Assembly: GCA_963716255.1 (NCBI GenBank)
Contig: OY970303.1
Location: 3,680,001-3,744,000 of the forward strand
Reading direction: 5' to 3'
Source of the DNA: an uncultured Gemmatimonadales bacterium
Lineage (GTDB): Bacteria > Gemmatimonadota > Gemmatimonadetes > Longimicrobiales > Longimicrobiaceae
Length of the DNA: 64,000 bases
Under the pieces are notes generated by a model that had not been told where the DNA came from, did no database searches, and was given only the letters and a program-made list of their open reading frames with translations. The position numbers and the translations under genes are program-made. Each line of letters begins with the position of its first letter. Within the stretch, counting starts at the first letter, position 1. Below, piece by piece: positions 19,443 through 30,187 of the stretch.

Positions 19443-22400
19443 ATGACGAATCCCGATCAGCCTGCTCCGCTCCAGTACAGGGGAGTCATGGTCTCCAGCA
19501 CATTCTCGGATCTGGAGCGCCACAGGGCCGAGTTGATGAAAGCCCTCCGCAAGGAAAAACTCTTCCCCATCGGTATGGAGGACTACGTTCCCGTTCCTGG
19601 AGACGATATCATCAGCTCCTCCCTCAACATGGTACGGGAAGGCACCGCCTACATCGGGCTCATCAGCCAACGCTACGGACAGGTGATCGAGTGTGATACT
19701 CGCAATCCACATGGGTATTCCGTAAGTCGACTTGAATTCGAGGAGGCGCAGCGTCTCGGTCTGCCCATTCTTGTCTTCGTGATGTCTGATGAACATCCCG
19801 GCAGCAGGAAAGACTTCGAAACCGACGCGGAGAAGATCAGGAAGCTTGAAGCATACCGTGAACGCGCGAAGGAAGGTCGTATCTATGTCCCCTTCGACAG
19901 CCCCGAAGATTTCATCCAGAAAGCCATCCACGCGGTGGCGAGTCTCCGTCGCCATCTGAATGAGCAGTCCCAACCCGCGCTGCCTCCGAAAGCCACGCCA
20001 CGCGATCACGATCACTCTCCTCAGAAGTTCGATTTTGTCCCGAGACCACCGGCATTTTACGCCGAGCCCGCCTACATCGGCTCGCATGCTTTCGTTGGGC
20101 GGAAGGCGCAGCTCGACACGCTGAGCGACTGGGCTTCGCCGGCCGACCCGCACCCCCTCCTCCTGTTCGAGGCCATCGGCGGAACGGGTAAGAGCATGCT
20201 CACCTGGGAGTGGACCACCAGGCATGCCACGACCGTTCGTGGGGACTGGGCCGGCCGCTTCTGGTATTCGTTCTACGAGAAGGGAGCCATAATGGCCGAC
20301 TTCTGCCGGCGTGCCCTTGCGTACATCACGGGTCAGCCGTTCGACGACTTCCGGAAGATGAAGACTGCGGAACTGGCGGAGCTGCTCCTCCGTCAGCTCC
20401 GGGCCCGTCCCTGGTTGCTCGTGCTCGACGGGTTGGAGCGCGTGCTCGTCGCATACCACCGCTACGATGCCGCCCAGCTTCTCGATGAGGAGGCTGGCAC
20501 GACGGACAAGATCGCCCAACGCGACCCCTGCGCGGCCATTCGGCCCGAGGACGACGACCTCCTTCGTGCCCTCGCCGCCGCTGCACCCTCGAAGCTTCTC
20601 CTAACTACCCGGCTCACTCCGCGCGGCCTGCTCAACGCGGCGAACCAACCCATCCCGGGCGTCCTTCGCGAGCGCCTCCCGGGTCTCCGTCCGGCGGACG
20701 CCGAGGCTCTTCTGCGCTCCTGTGGGGTCACCGGTACCTCGGGGAGTATTCAGAATTTCCTCCAGAGCCACTGCGACTGTCACCCTCTCGTCACCGGGGT
20801 CCTAGCCGGACTGATCAACGACTATCTTCCTGACCGGGGAAACTTCGACACGTGGTCCGCCGACCCGGATCACGGCGGTCAGCTCAACCTCGCGGACCTC
20901 GATCTCGTCCAAAAGCGCAACCACATCCTGCACACGGCCCTGGCTGCGCTTCCGGAGAAGAGCCGGCAACTCCTCTCCACGCTGTCCCTCCTCTCCGAAG
21001 CCGTGGACTACACCACCCTCAGTGCGCTCAATCCGCACTTGCCTCCCGAACCGGAGGAGGTAGCGGAGCCAACCAAGCCCGAGGTTGGGTGGAGATGGCA
21101 GTTCATGACTGACGTCGAGAAAAGAAAGCGGCGAGAGAAATATCTAGTAGCCGTCCGGCTGTACGAGGAGTACAAACTCGCTATAGAGGCTAGGTTACAA
21201 TCGCCAGAGTTTCGTAGGGCTCCGCGTGAGCTGGCAAGCACGATTCGGGATCTGGAGCATCGCGGCTTGGTGCAATACGCCCCGCAGGCTCAACGCTATG
21301 ACCTGCATCCCGTTGTTCGCGGCATTACCGCCGGTGCTTTGCTTCAGGAGGAACGAGACCACTTCGGCCAGCGTGTGGTCGACCACTTTTCCCAGCAGCT
21401 CCATAGGCCATATGAAGAGGCGGAATCGCTTGAAGATGTTCGACACGACCTCCATGTAGTCCGCACCCTGGTCCAGATGGGTCGCCGTGAGCAAGCATGC
21501 GACGTGTATGTCGGCGCGCTGGCAGCAGCACTCCTTTATAATTTGGAAGCCCATGCAGAAGTATTGTCCATTATGCGTCCCTTTTTCCCTCACAGCTGGT
21601 CTATTGCGCCTGATGACTTGGAAGAGTGGAAAGCCTCGTATCTGCTGAAGGGAGTCGCGTTAGCAATGAGTGTAGGGGGAGAGTGGGAAGAGGCTGTGGC
21701 CGCGACAGGTACTGCTTTGTTAATCGCTTTTCGGCAAAAGAATTGGGGTCGGGTGCAACTTGATCTGAGCGCTCTGGCTTTCTGTTATTGTGATTTGAGT
21801 AGATTTGCATGTTCGGATCGACTTCTGCTCCTCTCTCTTGATATTGCGTCTTTTAACGACGACGATGAAGCTCTCTTCTTGACCCGAATAATCCGCATGC
21901 GTCATCTTACCATGGTCGGATTATGGCAGGATGCCGAGGCAATCTGGCGTCTCCTGGATCCGATGGGTCGTGATTGGGACCGTCACATCACTCGCCCTGG
22001 GAGCGCAGAGCTCAGGTATGCAGCGCTTCAGCTGTGCCAGGGAACTTTGCTCGAAGATCATCTCCTGCATGCAGAGCAGCTGAGCAGGGCAGGGAAGAAT
22101 CGTATCGGGATCCGCGCGCTTCACGGCCTGCGCGGAGAGTGGCATTTGGATTAAGGCCGGTGGGTACTCGCCGCTGACAGCCTGCACGAGGCGGTGCGCA
22201 TGGCTCGTGAGGTGGGACGTAGGGACGCGCGGACAGAGACGCTGCTCACACTCGCCAGGTTCCACTTAGGTCAAGTCCCTGATCCTCGCCGCGAAGCGGA
22301 GCACCTTGCCAGGGCAAAGGAGCCCTATTACCGCGGCCTCGCAGAACTGTGGCTCGCGATCGGTGACGCCGAGCAGGCGAAGACCCACGCTCTCGCCGCC

Positions 22401-22613
22401 TATGAATGGGCCTGGGCCGATGGGGACCCCTATGTGCACCGCTACGAACTCGACAAAGCCCGCGCTCTGTTGGAGCAGCTTAGTACCGAAATCCCCGATC
22501 TGCCGCCGTACGACCCGGCCAGAGATGAAAAGCTTCCCTGGGAGGAAGAGGTTGCGGCCGCCATCGAAAAGTTGCGGGCTGAAAAGAGTTCTGAAGAGAA
22601 CGACGAGGAATGA
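19443..22613 (+). pseudogene. DUF4062 + P-loop STAND NTPase + TPR-like protein, interrupted by in-frame TAA at 22152-22154
   Basis: VMVSSTFSDL...QRYG...LEFEEA (DUF4062); Walker A AIGGTGKS, Walker B LLVLDGLE, YDLHPVVR; ORF 22194-22613 is in the same frame; lower GC than flanks. Confidence 0.82.
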
Positions 22614-22661
22614 GGAAGTGCCGCGTGCGCCACCCGTCCGCGGACCTGGCCCTCGGCCCGC

Positions 22662-23852
22662 TTAGCCGCCCCTGGACCCTGGCGAGCGGGGCAGCTCCAC
22701 GGTGAAGACGGTCCCCGCCTCCACAGAAGACGTGGCGCGGATGCCGCCGCCGTGGGCGCGCGCGATCTCGGCCGCGATGTACAGGCCAAGCCCCAGCCCC
22801 GGCTGCGGGCCCCTGCGCTCGGGCCGCACGTAGGGCTCGAAGAGGCGCGGGACCACCTCCGGGGCGATGGGCTCGCCCCGGTTGGCGACGGCGAGCACGA
22901 CCCGGTCCGCCGTGGCCGTGGCGGAGATCTCCACCGGCTCCCCGGGCGCGCCGTGCTCCACCGCGTTGGACACCAGGTTGGAGAGCATCTGCGCCACGCG
23001 CGAGCGGTCGAGCGACGCCGTCCCGACACCGGCGGGGGCGAAGCGCAGCGTGCGGTCGGGGCGGCCGCTGGCGATCTCGTCCACCACCTGGCCCACGAGC
23101 TCGTCGACTTCCACCGGCTCCACGGTCAGCGTCATCCCGCCGCCCAGCCGCCCGCGGGCGAAGTCCAGGACGTCGTCGATCATCCGCGACATGCGCTCGC
23201 CGCTGCCCAGGACGCGCTCCAGCACGGTCCGCTGCCGGTGCTCCTGCGGCAGCGCCAGCAGGAACCCCGCGCTCATCAGGATGGACGAGAGCGGGTTGCG
23301 CAGGTCGTGGCCCAGCACGGCGATGAACTGCTCGCGGAGGTCCGCCGTCGCCCGCTCGTCGGCGAGCGCCACCCGGTCGAGGTGCGACTCCTCTTCCGCG
23401 GTCAGCTGAAGCGAGATCAGCTCGGCGAACAGCTTCATCATCGCCAGCGTCTTGTCGTCCCGCAGCGCCGCCGGGGCCGAGTCCAGCGCGCAGATGTTGC
23501 CGAAGTACTCCCCGTCGGGCCGGAAGATGGGGACGGCGATGTAGCTTTCCAGCCCGTACAGCCTGGGTGTGGGATGGTCGCAGAACTCCGGCTCCCGGCT
23601 GGCGTGCTCGATGATGATGGGCTCGTGGGAGTCGCGCACCTCGCTGCACAGCGTGGTCGCGACGTCCAGCTGGTCGCCCACGCCCAGCCCGAACTCCATC
23701 TGGTCCAGCACCGCGCAGGCGACCCACGACTCCCGGGTCACCCGGGCGACCAGGGCCAGGCGCAGGCCGGTGATCTGGGTGACCACCCGGAGGATGGTGG
23801 GCACGGCGCTGATGCGCGCCACGGCGGCGACGTCCGCCTGGAGGTGGTCCAC
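22662..23852 (-). CDS. GAF-domain sensor histidine kinase
   Basis: N-terminal GAF (ESYIAVPI); AVLGHDLRNPL, NLVSNAVEHG, GLGLGLYI. Confidence 0.93.
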   Translation of the reverse strand: MDHLQADVAAVARISAVPTILRVVTQITGLRLALVARVTRESWVACAVLDQMEFGLGVGDQLDVATTLCSEVRDSHEPIIIEHASREPEFCDHPTPRLYGLESYIAVPIFRPDGEYFGNICALDSAPAALRDDKTLAMMKLFAELISLQLTAEEESHLDRVALADERATADLREQFIAVLGHDLRNPLSSILMSAGFLLALPQEHRQRTVLERVLGSGERMSRMIDDVLDFARGRLGGGMTLTVEPVEVDELVGQVVDEIASGRPDRTLRFAPAGVGTASLDRSRVAQMLSNLVSNAVEHGAPGEPVEISATATADRVVLAVANRGEPIAPEVVPRLFEPYVRPERRGPQPGLGLGLYIAAEIARAHGGGIRATSSVEAGTVFTVELPRSPGSRGG

Positions 23853-24107
23853 GGTGCTGTTGGATCAGGAGTTCCGCGCCGGCGAAGTGCCGCCGGCAGT
23901 TGGACGAGTGGTAAACATCGGGCGCCGGGCGCCCGCGCGCAACATGGATGCCACGGCCGCCGGACGGCGGCGATTTGCCGGACCCGTGTCCGGCCGGTAC
24001 TTTCCGCGGTGCACGTCCGTGCCCCCGTCCGCTCCCTTTGTCCCGTCGAGACGTGAGCCACGCATCCCCGGGCGCCCCCTCCGGCGCCGCGCCCCGCCGG
24101 ACCGGAC

Positions 24108-24728
24108 GTGGCTGAGCGGAATCGTGGCGCCGCCGCGCCCCGGGCCCGCGCCACCGTTGCCGGGGCGAGCTGGTACGGCCGCGACGTTTCCGGGGAGGTC
24201 CACGAGGGCGTGCTGTTCGTGGACCTGGACATGACGGAGGCGGAGAACGGCGGCGCCACCTTCACGGAGTGCACCTTCCGCGGGTCGCGCTTCAACGTTT
24301 CCGCGCACGACGGCGCCGCGTTCGTGAACTGCACCTTCACCGGCTGCAACTTCTTCGACGCGCGCTTCACCGGGTGCAAGCTGGTGGGCAGCACCTTCGA
24401 CCGCTGCACCTTCGAGGTGATGAAGGTGGTGGGCGGCAACTGGTCGTTCGTGGGGCTCCCGGGCGCGGACCTCCGCTCGGCGTCCTTTCGCGGCGTGCAG
24501 ATGCGGGAGGCCGACCTCGCCGGGGCGCGCTTCCAGGGCGGATCGCTCCGCGACGTGGACCTGTCGGGGGCGTCGCTGCACGGCGCAGACCTGTCGCGCT
24601 GCGACCTGCGCGGGAGCGACCTGAGCGCCCTCCGGCCGGACGGCGTGGAGCTCCGGGGCGCCATCATCACCATCGACCAGACCCTCGTCATCGCCGAGGC
24701 GCTGGGGCTGGACGTGCGGGCCGAGTAG
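24108..24728 (+). CDS. Pentapeptide repeat protein
   Basis: Regular ADLRS-ASFRG...ADLAG-ARFQG...CDLRG-SDLSA pentapeptides. Confidence 0.9.
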   Translation: MAERNRGAAAPRARATVAGASWYGRDVSGEVHEGVLFVDLDMTEAENGGATFTECTFRGSRFNVSAHDGAAFVNCTFTGCNFFDARFTGCKLVGSTFDRCTFEVMKVVGGNWSFVGLPGADLRSASFRGVQMREADLAGARFQGGSLRDVDLSGASLHGADLSRCDLRGSDLSALRPDGVELRGAIITIDQTLVIAEALGLDVRAE

Positions 24729-25385
24729 GTGCGGGGATCGACGACGGGGGCGGAAGACGCGGCGCCGGAGCGCCTGTACGGCGTGTTCGGGGAGAACGCG
24801 TTCGAGGGCGGGCTGTTCTACGTCAACGAGCCCGCGCTGCGCTTCGAGCTGTCCCGCGGCGGCTCCCGGGTGGAGCAGTTCACGCAGGCGTACGACCGCG
24901 CGCGGGAGATCGCCGGGCACGTCTTCCGCGGCTCCGCCTCGCTGGTCGTGGTGCTCGCCTGGCCCGGGGAGGGACCGCCCGTCCGCCACATGGACGTCTT
25001 CCGCTCGCTGCGCGCGTGCGGGGTGCGCATGGGACGCCCGCGGAGCTGCTGGACGCGGGAGTACGAAGCCGACGGGGACGATCCCACGGAGCGGCGCACG
25101 CTGGTGGCGTTCCGCGCCGACGCGTCGGCGCTCGACGGCCTCCTGTGGGGCGCTCTGGGCGTGGACCTGGGGATCCGCCCCCGGCTGCTCGCCCGCGTCT
25201 ACCTGGCCGACCCGGAGCGCGGCCTGCTCCTGTACCCGTACGACGACCGGGGGATGGACGTGATCGGGCCGGACCGGGAGCGGCTGCGCGAGCTGTTCGC
25301 GCGCTTCCACGACTACCTGCTGGCCTACGACCTGGCGCGGATGGAAGGGTTCTTCGCGCCCGGCGGGGCGGGCCCCACCCCGTAG
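24729..25385 (+). CDS. DUF3885-like protein
   Basis: LFY..EPALRFEL; LLYPYDDRGMDVIG...LFARFHDYLLAYDLARM. Confidence 0.75.
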   Translation: MRGSTTGAEDAAPERLYGVFGENAFEGGLFYVNEPALRFELSRGGSRVEQFTQAYDRAREIAGHVFRGSASLVVVLAWPGEGPPVRHMDVFRSLRACGVRMGRPRSCWTREYEADGDDPTERRTLVAFRADASALDGLLWGALGVDLGIRPRLLARVYLADPERGLLLYPYDDRGMDVIGPDRERLRELFARFHDYLLAYDLARMEGFFAPGGAGPTP

Positions 25386-25397
25386 CCCGGAGGACGG

Positions 25398-25832
25398 ATG
25401 GCGCAGACGGCGGCGTGGCTCCCCTGGGCCCTGGGCTCCGCGGTGTTCGCGGCGCTCACCGCGGTGCTCGCGAAGGTGGGGCTGGAGGGGATCGACCCGG
25501 ACTTCGCGACGCTGGTGCGCACCGTGGTGATCGTCGCGGTGCTGGGGGCGTTCGTGGCGGCCACGGGGAAGTGGCGGAGCCCGCTGGAGCTCCCCGGGCG
25601 CTCCGCGGGGTTCCTGGTGCTCTCGGCGCTGGCCACCGGCGCGTCGTGGGTGTGCTACTTCCGCGCGCTCAAGCTGGGGGACGCCTCCCGGGTGGCCCCG
25701 GTGGACAAGCTGAGCGTGGTGCTGGTGGCAGTGTTCGCCGCCGCGTTCCTGGGCGAGCGTCCGGCCCCGCGCGACTGGCTGGGGATCGCCCTGGTGGCGG
25801 CGGGCGTGCTCGTGCTCGGCTTCCGCCGGTGA
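25398..25832 (+). CDS. EamA/DMT-family small transporter
   Basis: AVFAALTAVLAKVG, FRALKLGDASRVAPVDKLSVVLV, FLGE. Confidence 0.92.
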   Translation: MAQTAAWLPWALGSAVFAALTAVLAKVGLEGIDPDFATLVRTVVIVAVLGAFVAATGKWRSPLELPGRSAGFLVLSALATGASWVCYFRALKLGDASRVAPVDKLSVVLVAVFAAAFLGERPAPRDWLGIALVAAGVLVLGFRR

Positions 25833-25902
25833 GGTGAGGCGCGGAGATGCCGCCGATCGCCACGTCCGTCGCCCGCCCCGCTCCCCACACCGAGACCCGT
25901 CC

Positions 25903-26424
25903 ATGACCGCCGACGCCATGCCCCACATCCGCAGGCCCACCACGCCCGGCCGGGCGGTGCTGCTGGGCACGCTCGCCGTGGGCGTGCTGGACCTGCTGGA
26001 CGCCTTCGTGTTCTTCGGCGCGCGGGGAGTGCCGCCGGTGACAATCCTCCACAGCATCGCGTCCGGGCTGCTGGGGCGGGCCGCCTTCGCGGGCGGGCTC
26101 CCCACGGCGCTCCTGGGGCTGGCCGTGCACTTCGCCATCGCCTGCGCGGTGGTCGTCGTGTACCACCTGGCCAGCCGGCGCTTTTCCGCCCTCTGCCGCC
26201 ACCCGTTCGTGTGGGGCCCCATCTACGGCATCGGGGTCTACTTCGTGATGAACCGCCTGGTGTTGCCTATGACGGCGGCTATGACCGGGACGCCGACGCT
26301 GCCCGTCCTCGTCAACGGCCTGCTGATCCACGCGCTGGGCGTGGGGCTGCCGAGCGCGCTCTCCGCCCGTGCCGCAGGGCGCGCGGCAGCGGCCCGGCCG
26401 GAGCACGCGGGAGGGGCGCGATGA
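25903..26424 (+). CDS. Membrane protein (about 4 TM)
   Basis: GTLAVGVLDL, SIASGLLG, GLAVHFAIA, YGIGVYFVMN, HALGVGLP. Confidence 0.8.
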   Translation: MTADAMPHIRRPTTPGRAVLLGTLAVGVLDLLDAFVFFGARGVPPVTILHSIASGLLGRAAFAGGLPTALLGLAVHFAIACAVVVVYHLASRRFSALCRHPFVWGPIYGIGVYFVMNRLVLPMTAAMTGTPTLPVLVNGLLIHALGVGLPSALSARAAGRAAAARPEHAGGAR

Positions 26425-26780
26425 ACCCGCTCCGGGACGGGTGGGAGATCGGAGACGTGGAGGCGGTGATCGAGCGCGGTCTGGCCGACGAGCTGCTGCA
26501 CGTGCCCATCAGCGTGTCCCTGGGCCCGCCCGACTGCGCCTGGGCACAGGACGTGTGCCTGCGCCTGGCCTCGCACCCCCACTTCAACGTGCGGGGGAAC
26601 GCCGTGCTGGGCTTCGGCCACCTGGCGCGGACGTGCGGCGAGCTCGACGAGCTGCGGGTGCGGCCCGTGGTGGAGGCGGCGCTCCGCGACCCGGACCCGT
26701 ACGTGCGCGGCCAGGCGGACGCCGCCGCCGGCGACATCGTGCATTTCCTGGGCTGGCGGATCGATGGCTGGTCCGGCTGA
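26421..26780 (+). CDS. Small HEAT-repeat-like protein
   Basis: ATGA overlap with GGAGG RBS; HPHFNVRGNAVLGFGHLAR, DPDPYVRGQA. Confidence 0.78.
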   Translation: MNPLRDGWEIGDVEAVIERGLADELLHVPISVSLGPPDCAWAQDVCLRLASHPHFNVRGNAVLGFGHLARTCGELDELRVRPVVEAALRDPDPYVRGQADAAAGDIVHFLGWRIDGWSG

Positions 26781-26802
26781 AGCGGGTTCGACGGCCGGGT
26801 TC

Positions 26803-26931
26803 GGGCGTGCCCCCGGCTGGCGCCGGGGTCGGGCTTCGGCTCCGTAAGGCAGCAAACAACGCTGCCTAACGGAGTCGAGCCCGCGCAAACAGCCGCGCGG
26901 TCTCGCCCCTTCGGGCCGAAATCCCTCACGC
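26803..26931 (+). repeat. ~130-bp structured element, copy 5
   Basis: Consensus match; inner stem GGCAGC-AAACAAC-GCTGCC. Confidence 0.95.
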
Positions 26932-26999
26932 GGTCCGTGCTGGCGTCCGCGGGGTCCCACCCGGCTCGCCCGTGCGCGACCCATCCCGATGCTTCCATC

Positions 27000-27749
27000 G
27001 TGAACATACCTCGCGCGCTCCGCTCCCTCCTTCCCGCGGCCCTGCTGGGGCTCGCCGCGTGCCCCCGGGGCGGTGCGGCGTCCGCACCGCCGCCGTGCAT
27101 CCTCCCCGATGCCGCGCTCCTCGTCACGGCCGGCGAGTACGAGCTGCGCCCCGGCGCCGTGGACACGGTCCGGCTGCACGCCTCCACCCACCCCGGTGCG
27201 TTCGCCCCCCTGCCGGACGGGTGCCGCGCCGCCTGGTCGCTCCCGGAGGGCGGGCCCGCGAGCGTGGACGCGGCGAGCGGCGTGCTGCGCGTGGAGGCCG
27301 GCGCGGCGGACGGGGCCGCGTTTCCTCTGCTGTCGCGCGTCGCGGGGCGCGAGGTCCGCACCGTCGTCCGGGTGGTCGATCCCGCGCGCAGCCCGCTGGT
27401 GGGCACCTGGTCGCAGGTGGGGCGGACGCCCTGCGGCGCAGGCGCGGCCGAGTCCGCCCCCGCCGAGCCCATCCTGGAGCTGCGATTCCACCGCGACGGG
27501 CGCTTCAGCGTCACCTGGCTCCCCTTCGAAAGCTACACCGACTACTGGGGGACGTACGACTATGACGCGGCGAGCGGCCGGCTGCGGCTGGAGTTGGAGC
27601 GCGGCAACTTCGTCCCCACGGAGCTGGACCTGGAAGGGCGGGCCGCGGTGAGGGACGGCGTGCTCCGGCTGCGGGAGATGTCGCTGGGGAGCCGGACGCC
27701 GGGCGGGGAGCCCGCTTGCGGGCTGCGCTTCGCGCGGGGTGGGCCGTGA
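27000..27749 (+). CDS. Hypothetical lipoprotein
   Basis: Signal ending LAAC; PLVGTWSQ, FSVTWLPFESYTDYWGTY; GTGA overlap with next gene. Confidence 0.72.
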   Translation: MNIPRALRSLLPAALLGLAACPRGGAASAPPPCILPDAALLVTAGEYELRPGAVDTVRLHASTHPGAFAPLPDGCRAAWSLPEGGPASVDAASGVLRVEAGAADGAAFPLLSRVAGREVRTVVRVVDPARSPLVGTWSQVGRTPCGAGAAESAPAEPILELRFHRDGRFSVTWLPFESYTDYWGTYDYDAASGRLRLELERGNFVPTELDLEGRAAVRDGVLRLREMSLGSRTPGGEPACGLRFARGGP

Positions 27750-28330
27750 GCGCCCCCGCGTCGGCCCGCGACGAGGTGATCGAGACCCCGCGGCTGCGCC
27801 TGCGCCGCTTCACCGCCGCGGACCTCCCCGCCTTCGTGGCGTACCGCAACGACCCCCGGGTCGCCCGCTACCAGAGCTGGGACGACTGCACCCCCGACGA
27901 GGCCGACGCCTTCCTGGCCGAGCAGGACGGGCTGCGGCCCGGGACGCCGGGCACCTGGTTCCAGTTCGCCGTGGAGGTCAGGTCCACGGGCGCGCTGGCC
28001 GGCGACTGCGCCCTGCACGTGCACGACGAGGACCCGCGCCTGGGCGCGATCGGCTACACGCTCGCGCGTGAGGCGCAGGGCCGCGGCTACGCCACCGAGG
28101 CGGTGCGCGCCCTGCTCGGCTACGCCTTCGGGACGCTGCGGCTGCACCGCGTCAGCGCCACCACCGACTGCGAGAACGCCGCCTCCGTCGCGCTGCTGGA
28201 GCGCGTGGGAATGCGCCGCGAGGCGCACTTCCGCCAGCACGTCTGGTTCAAGGGGCGCTGGTCGGACGAGTACGTGTACGCGCTGCTCCGCGACGAGTGG
28301 ACGGCCCCCGCGCCCGCGCCCCCCGGCTGA
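27746..28330 (+). CDS. GNAT (RimJ/RimL-type) N-acetyltransferase
   Basis: ETPRLRLRRF, IGYTLAREAQGRGYATEA, NAASVALLERVGMRRE. Confidence 0.92.
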   Translation: MSAPASARDEVIETPRLRLRRFTAADLPAFVAYRNDPRVARYQSWDDCTPDEADAFLAEQDGLRPGTPGTWFQFAVEVRSTGALAGDCALHVHDEDPRLGAIGYTLAREAQGRGYATEAVRALLGYAFGTLRLHRVSATTDCENAASVALLERVGMRREAHFRQHVWFKGRWSDEYVYALLRDEWTAPAPAPPG

Positions 28331-28360
28331 CCGGCGCCGATCTTGCGCCGCGGCGCGCCC

Positions 28361-29176
28361 ATGAGACGATTCCGCCTCCTCCTCCCGCTCCTGCTCGCGG
28401 CCGCGTGCGCCCCGGCCGCCGTCCGGCCCCCCGGTCCGACGGGCCCCTCCGCGCCCGCCAACGTCCACCCCGGCTTCGACGCCGCCGTCTACCCCGGCGA
28501 GGCGGCCATGCGCGCCTGGCGTGCCGGGTCGCCGTACCGGTGGACCGGCTACTACCTCCCCTCGCCCTGCCACCGCGACGCCTCGTGGAGCGGGACCCGG
28601 GCGGCGCTTGAGGGGCAGGGCTGGGGGATCGCAGTGCTGTACGTGGGGCAGCAGGCCTTCGAGGACGCGCCGGTCGCCGGGGCCGAGCAGCCGGGCGGCC
28701 CCGTCCTGTGCTCGCGCACCCTGCTGGGCACCGGGCGTGGCCGGGCCGACGCACGCGACGCCGTCGCCCGCGCCATGGCCAAGGGGTTCGCGCCCGGCAC
28801 CGTGGTGTTCCTGGACGTCGAGCGCATGCGCGCCGTCCCCGACAGCATGCTGGCCTACCACGCCGCGTGGACCGGGGAGCTGCTGCGCGACGGGCGCTAC
28901 CTCCCCGGCACCTACGCGCACCAGGCCAACGCCGCGCAGCTCTTCGCCTCGGCCCGCGCCGTGTACGCCGGCGCCGGCCGCGCGGAAGCGCCCCCGTTCT
29001 GGATCGCGGGGGGAAGCGGCTTCGGGCTGGACCAGCCGCCGTACGCCGTGGGGCTGCCGTACGCGCGGGTGTGGCAGGGCGCCATAGACGTGGACCGCGC
29101 CTGGGGCGGCGTCCGGCTGCGCGTGGACGAGAACACCGCCGACCGCCCCTCGCCCTCCGCACCCGCGGCGCCCTAG
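28361..29176 (+). CDS. DUF1906 glycoside hydrolase-like lipoprotein
   Basis: LAAAC signal; GFD, WTGYYL, GWGIAVLYVGQQ, VFLDVE, ARVWQ. Confidence 0.8.
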   Translation: MRRFRLLLPLLLAAACAPAAVRPPGPTGPSAPANVHPGFDAAVYPGEAAMRAWRAGSPYRWTGYYLPSPCHRDASWSGTRAALEGQGWGIAVLYVGQQAFEDAPVAGAEQPGGPVLCSRTLLGTGRGRADARDAVARAMAKGFAPGTVVFLDVERMRAVPDSMLAYHAAWTGELLRDGRYLPGTYAHQANAAQLFASARAVYAGAGRAEAPPFWIAGGSGFGLDQPPYAVGLPYARVWQGAIDVDRAWGGVRLRVDENTADRPSPSAPAAP

Positions 29177-29282
29177 GCCGTTCTCCTTGCCCGCGGCCGG
29201 ACCCCGCCCCTAGCTTGCGCCCCGGCCGCCGGCTCCGTCGCGTCCGGGGCCTCGTCCGTCCATCCGCTCCCGGGGTTCCGCC

Positions 29283-29642
29283 GTGCCCATCCTCCGCATC
29301 CTCCTCGTGCTGGCGCTGCTCCTCCCGTCCGGGGGGTGCTTCGGCTACCGCCTGATCCGTCCCGACGAGGTCCCCGTGCCCTCGTACGACCCCCGCCCGG
29401 TCGCCGTCCCCGCCGAGTGCGAAGCCCTCCTCCGGCGCGCCGCCGCCGAGGGCGTGGCCCGGCTCTCCGAAGCCGAGGCGCGCACCGTGAGCTTCTGCCA
29501 GGGGCAGCAGCTCATCCGCGCCCAGGAGGAGGAGGCCGCCTCCCGCAAGCTGGAGGCGCACGCGTCCGCGGCGAGCCTGGCGCTGAACGTCGCCACCGTG
29601 GTGGTCGGCGGCCTGATCGCGGTGCTCGCGTGGGCGTTCTGA
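29283..29642 (+). CDS. Hypothetical lipoprotein with C-terminal TM
   Basis: Signal ending SGGC; hydrophobic C-terminus; coding-like GC3. Confidence 0.7.
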   Translation: MPILRILLVLALLLPSGGCFGYRLIRPDEVPVPSYDPRPVAVPAECEALLRRAAAEGVARLSEAEARTVSFCQGQQLIRAQEEEAASRKLEAHASAASLALNVATVVVGGLIAVLAWAF

Positions 29643-29757
29643 CCCCGGCGCACCCGGCGCCGCGGCGGCCGCCCGTGCGCGGCGCCCGCCCGGCCCGCGT
29701 CCTGCGTGCGCCCCGCCGGCATCCGCAGGCGCGCACCACGCACCCCGAGGCACCCCC

Positions 29758-30174
29758 ATGTTCCGACTGAGCTCCGAGAGCGAGCACGAGACGCAGTCGC
29801 AGGGAGGGACCCGCTACCTCTTCGCGCTCGGGCACTACGAGTGTCACGACGCCATGGACGGCGAGGGCGAGCTCCGCCACTTCGTCGTGGACACCGGCGG
29901 CGCCGGGGCCGAGGCCCCCGTCTACGAGACCGACCGCGCCACCATGTACGAGCTGATGGCCCGCTACCTGGCCGGCGAGTACGAGAAGCGCGAGTACGAG
30001 ATGGAGCGCTCGCCCGCCCACGAGGCCCTGCTGGACACCCTGGAGATCGCCGCCGCCCGCGCCCGCGCCGGCGAGTCCGAGTTCTCGTTCGACGACCTGG
30101 GCATCGCGGAGGACTGGGACGAGATCGACGAGGATGTCGAGGGCGACGACGAGGAGCAGGGCGAGGAGCGTTAG
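29758..30174 (+). CDS. Hypothetical acidic protein
   Basis: GAGG RBS; strong codon bias; D/E-rich tail. Confidence 0.78.
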   Translation: MFRLSSESEHETQSQGGTRYLFALGHYECHDAMDGEGELRHFVVDTGGAGAEAPVYETDRATMYELMARYLAGEYEKREYEMERSPAHEALLDTLEIAAARARAGESEFSFDDLGIAEDWDEIDEDVEGDDEEQGEER

Positions 30175-30187
30175 GAGCGGCAGGTTC

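Noticed and set aside
19340..22620. Integrative element around the STAND gene
   Set aside because: No integrase, tRNA, terminal repeats or target duplication found at the GC transitions
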